DNA from: Vicugna vicugna
Taxonomy: Eukaryota
Direction of reading: 5' to 3'
Assembly (NCBI GenBank): GCA_013265495.1
Contig: MU063441.1
Coordinates: forward strand, 1,506,398 to 1,570,397
Length of the DNA: 64,000 bases
Shown: positions 1 through 11,913 of the stretch, one piece after another
Layout of the letters: every line of letters begins with the position of its first letter
Numbering within the stretch: position 1 is the first letter of the stretch
Program-made: the position numbers and the translations under genes
Notes under the pieces: generated by a model
Seen by the model: the letters and a program-made list of their open reading frames with translations, nothing else
Told to the model about the DNA's origin: nothing
The model's database searches: none

Positions 1-604
1 TTATCTTCAAGGATTTAAACAAATACTTAAGAGAACTTGTGACACAATATGTAACACAGTATTTTTATTTAGAAGTAATTTAACTGATGATTGTGGTACA
101 TAGTCATCAGAGCCAGTTCAGTGAAGCACCGGATACACTGGCTTCTGCAATCTAGGTTAAGTGTCTTTCAGAATTGCTACGCTTCAACTGCTTTGCTAAG
201 ATTAGAAGCCCAACATGTTTACCTGGAGGTCTTCATTACTCAAGGGGGAATCCAAGAGACCACAGGCTCTACGTCTAGAACACAGGGCCCTCTGATGGCT
301 CTTTCAAGGAGTTTTAGTGAGGATCGATTAAGGCAAATCACTTAGACTTCTTCAGGACTTCCAGATCCAAGGCCTAGAACTTTTTGTAGCAACTTAGAGT
401 AAAGGGGAGTCTATGAGGTATTTCTGGACCCATGTGCTGATCTGTGGAGACTCAGAACCCATAAATGAGAGTCAGCTTAAAGTCACTGGCTTATACCTTC
501 AAATATCAGGAGAGAGGGGTGGTAGGAATAATGGTCTGAGGGAGTCCAAATGCCATGGAACAAAATTATAATTTAAAAAACAATAGCTCATAAATAATTT
601 TTAA

Positions 605-750
605 AATGGCTACCATTTATTAACTGTCTTACTTGTCACATGTATTTACTCATTACATACCCCTTAGAGATACTATTATTTTCTCCCTCTTACAGACGAG
701 CAGACAAAAATATTGTTAATTGCCCAAGGTCTCATGGATGGAAAATGGAA
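605..750 (-). mobile_element. MIR SINE fragment
   Basis: Core-like TTACAGACGAG...AATTGCCCAAGGTC. Confidence 0.55.
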
Positions 751-1011
751 TTTTTCTTTGTGCGAAATGCAAACCGTTTAAATGGCTCTAGGTAGAAATA
801 GAGGGCATCGCTAAGAATGATCTTGTCCTTGCTATAGTAACAATGTTCAATCACAGTTTTAGATCTGGAAGGTGCCCTTTGGTTTTATGGTGGGCAATCA
901 GAAGCCCCACAAGGCTCATTTGCCCAAGATTATTCAAGTCATAAATGGCAGAGCTGAGGGTAAAACTCATGTCTTTTGATGACCAAGAAAAAGTTCTTCC
1001 AATAACTTTTT

Positions 1012-1167
1012 TTTCATTTAAAAAAATGTTATTTTATTGAGCTATAGTCAGTTTACAACGTTGTCAATTTCCAGTGTAAAACACAATTTTTCAGTTATAC
1101 GTGAACATACATATATTTATTGTTGCATTTGTTTTCACTGTGAGCTACCACAAGATCTTGTGTATAT
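1012..1167 (-). mobile_element. 5'-truncated L1 3' UTR (young, camelid-type)
   Basis: TTTTATTGAGCTATAGTCAGTTTACAACG L1 tail; 15-bp TSD with one mismatch, TTCCA(A/T)TAACTTTTT at 997-1011 and 1168-1182. Confidence 0.8.
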
Positions 1168-1509
1168 TTCCATTAACTTTTTGATATTAGAATTCAGAAT
1201 GTTATGAAAGTGGAATTGTCTGCTGGCAATCATACAGTAACCAGGAATCTGCTACCATCTAGTGGGTCAACTGAGTAATTAATCTTTCCAAAAACCTTCA
1301 GATACTGGGCAAAGAGCAGCATCAAACACATACACAGGATACTTTTGTCAGAGAATGCGGGTGAATAAGGAACTGTAGAGGTTGTCTGGTCTACATTTTA
1401 CAGGTAGAAAATGCCTTTCTGACCAAACCACGGACAATCTCTTTTATCACAACTTTGGGTGTAGCTTTAGAGAGTTTTCTCTTCCTTAACTGCCAGGCCC
1501 AGTGGGCAG

Positions 1510-1775
1510 AGGCAGTGATGCCCAAGTTGAGTGCATGGGGTCTGACGCACATTACCCAGCTTTGAACCCCAGCTCCACCGCCATTTATTAATGGGTAACC
1601 TTCAGCCAGTCATTTCATCTCCTGATGCGTCAGTTTTCTGATTTATAAAACTGGTATCATTATTGAAGCTATCTCATAGAGGGGTGTGTTTGTGTGTGTG
1701 AGTGAATATGAAATAGTGCAGTTAAAGTGTTTTGAACAACGCCTGCCACATAGTAAACAATAATTTTCAGCTATT
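1510..1775 (+). mobile_element. MIR SINE
   Basis: TTTGAACCCCAGCTC...CAGTTTTCTGATTTATAAAA...CCTGCCACATAGTAAAC. Confidence 0.7.
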
Positions 1776-2489
1776 AAGATAAAAGTTTTTGATGGGCTCT
1801 AGTTAGAGATCTTGAAGTGATCTAAGTCTGGGCTTAGCTCAGTGGGATCATGCATCAGGTATCATTTCTATGAACCAGTCTCCATTCTAGCCATTTAGAA
1901 CTAACTGTTCCTTGGAGAATAGTTCTTCAGTGTCTTGTACAGCGCGGGGTTTTCTGTGTCGAGCCTGACTCTGTACTCTGTGGGGGCTGTGCTCCCACAG
2001 CAGGACCCAAGTGAGCCTGATGCTGGGGGCGGGGGGTGCTTATCCCTTTTCTTCCTCAGCAATTCTTAGAGTTGGTTGGTATCATGAGAGTGAACGGCAG
2101 TGTAGACTACTCTTCAGCAGCATGCAGACGATGTTGAGTTCTGGCCTCATCCTTTGCTAACTGGTCCCTGGGCAGGAAACTACAGGCGCAGCTGGTCCCG
2201 GACAGTGATGTCTTAAGGGCAGGTTGGGCCCGTGCCAGGAGGACATGGGCAGTGGAGCCCTGGATGACTTACACTGGGGAATTCCTTGGGATACGACACA
2301 CTATCCTCCTCATCTTCCTCAGCTATCATCACAGACCATGGGAGAGGTCTTGGAAAAAGCCACAGCGTGGACCTGAATGACACCGCGTGTGTAGGAGTAA
2401 TAAAGTCCTAGCATAGCATTTCGAGATTGCAGACCTCATTTCCGCCTCTGAGTTGGAATGTTTTTTCTTTCTGTTGGATCTCAAGTGCA

Positions 2490-5400
2490 GAAGGTTAGTT
2501 AATGATGTTAATCATACTCTTCAGTTAATGCACGTTATCATCCTTGGTTCATGTAAGGCCCATTCCTCATGCCTCACTTCCCTCTGCCTATAAGTAACCA
2601 TTCTGTGTGCTTCCTCTATATATCTTCATTGTACCCGTTCTGGTAAATATAAAATTTTGTTTTGAATGTATGCATTTTTAATTTATGTAGATGGTAATGT
2701 GTAAAAAAAAAGTCACTGTATTTCTTGTATAATTTTGTCAGCACTATGATTTTAAGATCCAGACATGTTGCTATGTGTACATCTGATGTTTTTAATGTCT
2801 GTGTAATATTCCATGGTGTTCATCCCTGTGTTCCAGCTGTTTATTCTTCTAGGCTAGGGTTGGACATCCACTGTTTGTCTGACTCTGCTTCCACAAACAC
2901 ATCTGCCTACATGTTCTTTTATGCACCCACATGAGATCAATCTATCTATTTGTCTATCTGTCTACCTATCTATCTCCTGATGCAGAATGTGGGGAAAGAG
3001 TTTGCACCTATATGTAAGTGACTAAGGGCCTCTTAGAACTCATACACCAGGCTGCACTCCAACCAGCAGTGTTCTGAGGGTTCCTTTATCTCCAAATCTC
3101 CAAAGCTGGCATTAACCAACTTTCCAAGTTTATTCAGCCTCCTAGAGGTAAAGTGATATCTCTGATATCACTTTAATTAGTATTTCTCTGATAATAAATG
3201 AGTTTGATGATCTCTTTATATGCTTGAAAGCCTTTGGGGCTTCCTCACCTATAAACTGCACTTTTTATTAATAGGCTTTATTTTTCAGAAGAGATTTAGA
3301 TTTAAAGAAAAACTGAGCGGATAGTACAGAGAGTCCCCATATCCTTTCCCTCATCCCCACACAGTTTCCCCCAGCAATCTCTTACATTAATATGATACAT
3401 TTGTTACAATCAATGAACCTCAGGTTTTGCCTAGTATACTTTTACTGGTCCAGGATCCATTAAGGGCATCACATTACACTCAGTGTTCCTGTCCCCTTAG
3501 GCTCCCACTGGTTGTGATAGTTTCTCAAACTTTTCTTGTTTCTGATGACTTTTTGAGGAGTACTGGTCCAGGTATTTTGTGGAATGTCCCTCTATTAGAA
3601 TTTGTCCGATGCTTTTCTTATTAATAATCTAAGTTTATGGATTTTTAGGAGGAATACCCCACAGGTGAAGTTTTATTTTCATTCCATTACATCAAGGGTT
3701 CACACTACCTACATGATTTATTACTGTTGATGTTGACTTTGATCAACTGGCTGGAGAGGGTTTTTCAGGCTTTTCCACTGTAAAGCTTCTTTTTCTTCCC
3801 CTTTCTGGAAGGAAGTCACTATGCAAAGCCCACACTTAAGTAGTGCAGAGTCATGTTCTCCACCCTTTGGGGGGGAATATCTATATAATTTATTTGAAAT
3901 GCTTTTGCAGGAGAGTTTTATCTCCTCTCTGATTTGTTAATTTATGCAATCATTTATTTATATTAATATAGGCTAATTTGTGGACATTGATTTTATACTT
4001 TGGGTTATAATCCAATACTACTATACCTGTTTTATTCCAGATTTGACCACTGGGACATGTTTACATTGGCTCCCGTGTTCCTTTGTCTTACCCCATCTTT
4101 GTGTTTTTTTCCTTTTTACCTTTTTTTTTTTTAAGCACTTCCTTTCTTCACAGCACTACAAGATTCTCTAGGTTCATTCTGAATATTTCCTCCCCTAGTC
4201 CTAGAATAGCCATTTCTCCAAGAATTCCTAGATCCTGTAATTGAAGAATCATATTAGAAACCAAGATCTGGGTGTTAGGTGTGTTCATTGCTCCTAGGTT
4301 ATTGGGTTTTTTTTGGACCGTCTCAGCTGACAGAGCAAACAAATGTATGTGTGTATACTAACCCCTGTATTTACACACATCAATAGATATTTCCATGTGT
4401 AACCATCTGATCTATATCTACCTTAAATTAAACATGAGTTCCTACTGATATCTCCAGCTCTAATCCACTTCAGCCTCCTCCCGTCACTTATCTGTAAACT
4501 TCTGCTCCAGCAGTGAGAAGCGTGTCTCCCACTGACCTCCACCCACTTACGTAACTGCTCACTTTCAGGATATGTGTATAGCAGTATCGGAATGGTTAAC
4601 TTGTATTCCCATGGGAAATAACTTTATCAATGGGAGCACAGTGCTTATGTGCAGTTCCTTTTGTCTTTAGTCCTACAGACTTCGTTTATTTCTAAAGTTG
4701 GCATCTTTTCTCCCTACCCCTTCAGTGAAGTTGCGTCATGCATTTGTAGTATAGTTAGATTCTCGTGTTGCAGCCTGCATCCTTTCCTGGGATCTTCGAC
4801 TTCCTGAGTGATGATTTTAGAATTGCAGAATTAAGGTTCACTATTTGTGTTGTACATTTTTATGGGTTTTGAAAAATGTATAATGTCATTTATCCACCAT
4901 TACAGTATCATACAGAATAGTTTCACCACTCTAAAAATTCCCTGGGCTTCACCTTTTCATTTGACTGATGATTTTTGTCTTTTCCTTTGTGGATTTTGTT
5001 ATGTTTTCTAAATTTTAATGCCTTCTTGGGTTTAGATTTGTAAATATATTTTTTATCTGCATAGGTCTGTGGACTTTACCCAGGTGTCATCTGTTGAATC
5101 AGAACTCCTTAACATTGATGTAATAAAATTCATCAATATTTTGCCTATGATTTGTCCTCTTTGAATTTTTACTAAGTATAGTGTTCCTGACCCCATGTTA
5201 CAAACCTATTTACCGACATGTTTTGTTAACTCCAGATAATTATCTTTCACTTTGAATCTTTAGTCCATTTGTAGTTTACCATTGAATGTGCTGTTTGGTA
5301 GAGTTTCAATTTAATTTTTCTACACAATTTAAGAATTCTACACCATCTACAAAATAATCCAACCATTTCACATTGATTTCTGGTGCCATTATTGTTGTGT

Positions 5401-5800
5401 TTTAAGTTTTCATATATACTTGCATTTCTATTTTATTCTGTTTAATTATCTGTATGTTTAATAATATACATTGTTTATTATTTGTATGGCTTTGGATTAT
5501 ATCTTAATGTCTGGCTATGTACATTCTCACACATTACTCTTCTTTCTTTAGCCTTCTTTGTTGTAGAATTTATATTTCTACATGTATTTTCAAGTAAGGA
5601 TTTTGAGTGACTGATAAAAAAATTCATCTAGAATTTTACAGGAAGGTTGCATTTAATTTCTAGAAAACTCTGAAGAGAATTGATCTTTATATGATAGCAA
5701 GTCATTCACTCCAGGAGCATGGACTGTCTTTTTTCACTTATTCAGGCCATCTTTTATGATTTTATTAGCATTTTAAACTTTCCTGAATACATGAGCAGAT
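2490..5800 (-). mobile_element. Old L1M cluster: an L1MC-like 3' end (about 3265-4930) nested in an older L1M(E)-like element
   Basis: T-rich antisense L1 3' UTR and ORF2-end motifs (GATAGTACAGAGAGTCCCCATATCC; AGAAACCAAGATCTGGGTG). The older element appears to resume after about 4950. Confidence 0.7.
2937..2975. repeat. Degenerate (ATCT)n microsatellite
   Basis: atcaatctatctatttgtctatctgtctacctatctatc. Confidence 0.8.
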
Positions 5801-6169
5801 TTTAGAAACTTTCCTACAGCTTTCTCTGCCCGAGGTTGAATCCATTACAGCTCAGCCTCCTGTTCCGCTGTGTTCCCAAGTTCAAGACCGCCTGCAGGGG
5901 ACCCTCCTGCCTCAGACTCTGCAAGGGTTCTCATAATTATTACTTTCATGGTTGTTAGTCTCTTAAATAGCTTTACTTTCCTTTCACATTTACAGTTTTC
6001 CAGGCTTGGTTTTGGAAGACAGTGTGCCAGCAGCTCGCTTTAAGTCAGCTGTTAAGCCTGGGTACAAATTGTTGTTGTTAAACCTGTTTGGATGAGGCTG
6101 TGTATTGTTTTTGTGTGGGGAGAGAAAGAGAAGATGTCACTTACTTGATTCATTTTAGTACCTGCAAAA

Positions 6170-6780
6170 TATTGACCTGACCTGAAACTGCAGGCCCATG
6201 TGTGAGGATACAAATGGAGGCCCACACAGCATATGTCTAAATATTTGAAAGTTTGAAGTCAAGCTGACAAGCTGTTAAATAAATAAAATATGTTCTATCC
6301 TCCTAGCTTGGCAAAGATGCCTTCACAACAACCTGAACATCCAGGTTTCGGTTGAAAACTGTTCGATTCCTCTGAACTCTGTGGCAGAACTTGGCAGCAT
6401 GCAGAAAGCCAGCCTCCAGCCCATGCCTGTCCCTGTTTCCTTCCCAGTTCCAGTTCTCTCCAGTTCCACGATGAGCTCATGCACACACCTGTGCAGACCT
6501 TGGCCCCCACGTCTGGCCTTTACAAACAGCTGCCTCCTGGCCTGCTGACAGCGTGGTCTGCCTAGAGAAGAATGTGCTGGAAGTCTGCAGGGCATTCTGG
6601 CATCCTGGGTACTAGAGTGAGGTCGGAAGGAGGGAAAAATGGATCTGGGTGGGCATGTCCCTTTGGTCCCATGGATGCCTGGCTCCACGGGGAGGGTCCT
6701 GGCTGGACCACGGCTAGAAAAGGGGCAGCCTAACATGTGATGCCCAGAGCTCTGTATGCCTGGATCTAAGGGAGTTACTG
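6170..6780. mobile_element. Probable ancient GC-rich DNA transposon remnant (hAT-like; family not assigned)
   Basis: Resembles an ancient mammalian repeat consensus from memory (TGCAGGCCC..ACAAATGGAGGCCCACA..ATATGTCTAAATATTT..AAATAAAATATGTTCTATCCTCCT; end CTGGATCTAAGGG..TACTG). Confidence 0.35.
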
Positions 6781-8903
6781 GTCAAGAACTATTGTTGCTG
6801 TTCGGCTTTGAAGAAAGAAATAGAATTCCTTCATTTAAATTCTAACGAGGCAGAGTTGTTGCCTAACCCGGTGCAGGGGAGAGCTTTCTGTTTGGGGAAT
6901 AAAATGAACTGTGGACTACGAGAAGAGAGGCGTCTTCCCCCAAATCCCTTTTCTTTCCATCTACTTGCGTAACGCAGATAAGAATCACACATTCCTTCCT
7001 TCTTAGCCCGGCTATTAAGTGAGAACGGAATGACTTAAAATTATAGAGGCTGGGAAGTGTGGATGGTGTTTTGAAGTTGTGTTATGACTGTGTTTAAAAT
7101 CAAATAATGTGCTTACTTGTCTGTGTATAGAAAAAAGGGCCAGTCCTGCAAGGTCGACATCACTGATGTTCTTAGCATCTTATGCCATGGGTAAAATGAG
7201 TCTGTAATTAAGGAGGGAAGGGTGAAGAGGGCAAGGATAAACCTTGTTTCTATATTGTGAAGATGGTGCTATCAGCTGACAGTTGCACAAATCAGCCTCT
7301 GATTGGGAGAGATCGGCATTAGTGTGTTTCATATAAAGTAGCAGAAATGGCTGATATCTCATGGGTGAGCAAGGCAGACAGAGAGTGGAGTTCAAATGAC
7401 TCATCGTTTATCATCTTCTTGTGCCTCAAATGCCTGTGAAGCAGATGACAGTGATGCTCTTGGAGCACAAACGAAGGCATGTGGGCCCTGTGGGGAGCAT
7501 GCTCTCCCGGTCTGAGTGTCTGGGCAGACGTCCTGTCCTTTGTCCGGTGTTTCCCTTACACTACCTTGCGATTTAAGCAGAGGGGTGGAGGCAGTGACCA
7601 CTCTCATGGACCGGTGCTCCTGAGAGAAGAGTTTCTTCTTCTTAAGTATTTAAACTATAGCATACCCCAGCTTCACAGTTGTTTTTCAAAAATAGCTAAG
7701 AAATAGAAAAAAGATCTGGAAGGTCTATTTTCAGGAACAGTGATCTGTCCTAAATTTATGGCAATAACGATGCTGTTTTAAGGTTTTTAACATGTCGGAA
7801 AATTTTCCTCAATATTTGCATTATACAAATATGGAAATGCTTAGAACATTAACAATTTTTAAATGCAGTTGTGCTAATTAAAAAGTATATAATTGACTTT
7901 CTATATTTGCCAGTTGATGAGAGTATTAATTTTATTTGAATGAAAAGCAATCATAGGCTTCATCCTTGCTGTCTTTTGAGTTAATCACTCATGATCCTTC
8001 ACAATGTAATTCTCTGCTTTTTACACAGAAACAATCTATTAGAGTAGAATCTAGTAGAATTGGAGAACTAGAGCGGAGTATAATTGTTGATTTAACTTGA
8101 GTATATTAGGCATCATAATTGGGAACATATGAATGACAGTGAGGCCTATATATGATAGACTGGATAAGAAAAACTTATTGTTGGTTAAAACTCATTTTTT
8201 TCCTTCTATGTTAAGTTTGCAGCACTGTTGGCCTTATTCTGAGCTTATATTAGTTCCTTATTTTCATCTGATTATATTTATAATATCTAAATTTATTTTA
8301 TGAACTACTTCTCAGATGATCAATAAAGAAATTAATTTTTTACAAATGTTACTGATTTTATTTCTGTTCAGCAAGTCTGCATTTGACATACGCTTCTATT
8401 TACATTATTTCCCCAGCCTTAGGAGTGTTTTGTCATATTCTGCATGGCCACTGCCAATGACAAGCATGTTGATCTTAGAATTTTCCAAATGAGTAAAATT
8501 TATCTTAGACTCCTTCACTCTATCTTTTGGTGCCCCTTTTCCTTCCGCAAGGCATTTCCAGCTCTCTCAGCTACTCCATTCCCTAATGGCGAGGGGATAC
8601 CAGATAGTTCCCCCAATATGACTGAACCAGTTGCCAGTCATGAATGGAAGCCATCGCTTCTTGTTGTCCAGGTCCTGTTCTGATTTTCAGGACCTATGCC
8701 ATATCAGTTGTTGAATATTTTGAATCTTACCCCTGTTAATGGCTATTGGCGTCATTTCTTTTCTAACAAAATTTATTTTTAAGAATGTATCTGTTGTCTC
8801 ACTTATTATGCATTTCTATGAATTTGGGTCAATGTCTTACATTTTCCAGGGCACTGCATTGCTACGTAGCTGAGATGGTTTTGTTTTAGGCAGGGGTAAT
8901 TTG

Positions 8904-9360
8904 TTTATATTTCATTTTATTATTTTTTATTGACGTATAGTTGGTTTATGATGTGTTCATTTCTGATGTACAGCATAGTGATTCATTTATATATCTATAT
9001 ATTATTCCTTTTCATACTCTTTTTCATTATAGGTTATTATAAGATATTGAATATAGTTCCCTGTGCTGTATGGTAGGACCTTGTTTATCTATTATATAGT
9101 AGTTAGTATCTGCAAATCCCAAACTCCCAATTTATCCCTCCCCCTCCTTTCTTTGCGCCCTGGTAACTGTAAGTTGTTCTCTATGTGAGTCTGTTTCTGG
9201 TTTGTAAGTAAGTTCATTTGTATCATTTTTTTAAGGTTTCACATATAAATGATAGCATATGGTACTTTTATTTCTCTTTCTGGCTTATATCACTTAGTAT
9301 GACAATCTCCAGTTCCGTCCATGTTGCTGCAAATGACACTATTTTATTCTTTTTTTAATA
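8904..9360 (-). mobile_element. 5'-truncated L1 3' end
   Basis: L1 tail with a perfect 16-bp TSD AGGCAGGGGTAATTTG at 8888-8903 and 9361-9376. Confidence 0.9.
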
Positions 9361-10199
9361 AGGCAGGGGTAATTTGGAAGAGTGGGTAAGATCCCTACAG
9401 GGTCGGTTGGGCAGAAAAGACCTGTCATCATGCTGTAATCTGGTCTCCTGGAGAGCCACTGTTCTAAAATATTTTCTCCCATCCCTGTGTTTCTAAACTT
9501 CGAGTTACATGTTGAGTCTTTGGCTTCTAATTTCAGCCAATGTATTTTTTTAAGTAAACAAATATTTCTGGGAATGAGAATGCTAAATTAAATTAACATA
9601 AGGTTATAGCCCAATTTGGAGGTTGGATATCAAATATCATGGTAAAAGAACAAACACATTGGAAAGAGTCGAACAAACGTATAAACGTTAAGATGTTACC
9701 AGAACACAGAAAACCTGGAGGAGAGTTTGAATAAATGAGGGGATTAAGTAAAGAGTACAAAAGAAAGTTCTGAACTGGTTGTTGAGGGTCTTGGAAGACA
9801 TATTCTGTCTCCTCTCTGTTTGCTCAGGGAGGTTGTCCAGAGTCTGACTGTAGTGGCGGCAGCAAGACTTCCTTTAATTACTGTATCATTGGATGTGTCA
9901 TCTTTCCACCTATCACTAAAGTAAACAAAAAATGTAAAGCTAAACAATTTATGGTGACTTTCCAAGCTGACTTGGCTGGGGAGATGCAGGAAAGGAGATG
10001 ACCGATGGCAGGTCTCTTGTGCGGGGCAAGGAGCACCACAAGGTGATCTGCCCGGCATCTGACAATAGCAGACAGAGCATCTCATCTTCAGGAGCCTGTG
10101 CTAATGTTCAAATCTGGAGACTTGCTACCAACCAGTTTCTTTTTTAGCTCTATCTTAGTGATTCCCTTCTCTTGCTGGTGTCCTTCACTCCCCAATTTG

Positions 10200-10295
10200 T
10201 TGGTATCATGCCTGTCTTTCCTATTAGACTGGAAGTTTCTCTGATGAGGGGGACTGTCCTTTGTCACTGCTGACCAGATGCTCAATAAATGCTCA
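10200..10295 (+). mobile_element. L2 3' end fragment
   Basis: ATTAGACTGGAAG...GATGCTCAATAAATG. Confidence 0.55.
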
Positions 10296-10368
10296 TTTAA
10301 AACATAGTCTGCAAAACATAGTCTGGCTAGATCTGATTTTCTTGTGGAATTGGGATAAAGAGAAATAT

Positions 10369-10675
10369 TAAAGAAAAAAATTTTAATTGAAGTATAGTTG
10401 ATTTACACTGTTGTGTTAATTTCTAGCATACAGCATAGTATTCATATATACTATACATACAAATATAGTTATACATATATGTTCCTTTTCATAATAGGTT
10501 ATTATAAGCTATTGAATACCGTTCCCTGTGCTATACAGTAGGGCCTTACTGTTTATTTATTTTGTACATAGTAGTTTGTATCTGCTAATCCCAAATTCCT
10601 AATTTATTCCCCCTCCCTTTTCCCTTTGGTTACCATAAGTTTTGTTTTTTGTATCTGTGAGTCTGTTTCTATTTG
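10369..10675 (-). mobile_element. 5'-truncated L1 3' UTR
   Basis: AATTGAAGTATAGTTGATTTACA tail; probable TSD AAGAGAAATAT at 10358-10368 and 10676-10686. Confidence 0.8.
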
Positions 10676-10779
10676 AAGAGAAATATAAATATATTTCTTT
10701 TCTACTTTTTTAAACCTGATAATTATGGTTGATAGTAAAATACCCTTCAGAATTGCTGGTGTATATCCAGCGACCAATT

Positions 10780-10945
10780 CAGTGGCAATGGAGTATGTAT
10801 AGAGGTTAAGAGTGTAGAGTCCAGACTCAAAGTTGTTGACCGTGGGAGGGTTAAATACACTGTGCCTCAACTTCTCCATCTGTAAAATGTGGTCAATAGT
10901 AGTACCTATTTTCATAGAGGTCAATGAAGCTAATGTATAAGAATG
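10780..10945 (+). mobile_element. MIR SINE
   Basis: GGTTAAGAGTGTAG..CCAGAC...CTGTGCCTCAACTTCTCCATCTGTAAAATG. Confidence 0.7.
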
Positions 10946-10952
10946 TATAGAT

Positions 10953-11440
10953 TGTGGTTTTAAAACACCTGCAAATTATTTGATACTCCATTCATCCAAA
11001 AAAAAAAATGCAGTCTATTTCACCTTCCCTTGAAACTGGGTGGGTCTCTGCACTGTTGCCTGATTTCTGAGGGTCAATTAGAAGGAACAACTTCTGCCAT
11101 CATATCTTGGGAAATTCACTCTGGTAACCTTCAGCCACCAAGTGCAAAGTTGGGCTGCCCTGGGACTGCTATGTGGAGACCACCTGGAGACCAGCTAGAG
11201 AGAGATGCCCACGGAGTCCCACTGTTCCAAACCCCAGCTGCTTGATTCCCTCCAGCCCAGGCCAGCTTATATGATGAAACAGCGTTCACGATGGTTCCAG
11301 CCCCAACCACTGCCTGACTGTAACTATGAAAAACCCTGAGCCTAATTAACCCCCAGATTCATCAGCAAATTTGATAATTGTTATTCTTTTAAGCTGCTCT
11401 GTCAGGGTGGCATGTTACTAAGCAATAGATAAGTGGCACA
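10953..11440 (+). mobile_element. MaLR solo LTR (MLT1F-like)
   Basis: TGTGGTTTTAAAA..CAAATTATTTGATACTCC start; TTTTAAGC..TGTTAC..AGCAATAGATAA..ACA end. Confidence 0.7.
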
Positions 11441-11754
11441 GTTACAAAGTAGTATGTGCCTTCCCTGATTTAAGGGAAGTGCTTAGTAAATGTTTGCTGT
11501 TGTTAGATCAGTCTTTGCCGTTAGCTTGTCATCAATGTGTTCATCTCACTGAACCCATTTTATCTGTAAATTAGATGTATTAGGACATAGATTATCTGCT
11601 TTATGTGACTGTAATGAATATTAGATGAGTAATGTGGGAAAGTCCTTTGAAAAGTAATACAGCATGTAAAAAGTGAAATATTTTACTATTTTTAACCTAA
11701 TCTTAGTAGGAGTTTAATTTTGAGAAGATATGCTTTATTATTAATGCTATCTTT

Positions 11755-11913
11755 TTTAAAAACACTTAAAAATATTTATTTTTTAATTTCATTTTCTTGG
11801 GCGGGGAGTAGGTAATGAGGTTTATTTATTTTAATGGAGGTGCTGGGGATTGAACTCAGGACCTCGTGCGTGCTAAGCACGTGCTCTACCACTGAGCTAT
11901 CCCCTCCCCCTAC
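11755..11913 (-). mobile_element. Camelid tRNA-derived SINE (Vic-1 type)
   Basis: Pol III A and B boxes (TAGCTCAGTGG; GAGTTCAATCC); AATAAATAAACC body; 13-bp TSD TAATGCTATCTTT at 11742-11754 and 11914-11926. Confidence 0.9.

Noticed and set aside
6323-6736. 137-aa minus-strand ORF, the longest N-free ORF in the track
   Set aside because: It lies in a GC-rich probable transposon remnant, has no recognisable domain or splice context, and its length is explained by low stop-codon density.
10299-10325. Tandem 13-bp duplication AAAACATAGTCTG
   Set aside because: An ordinary slippage duplication with no functional context.
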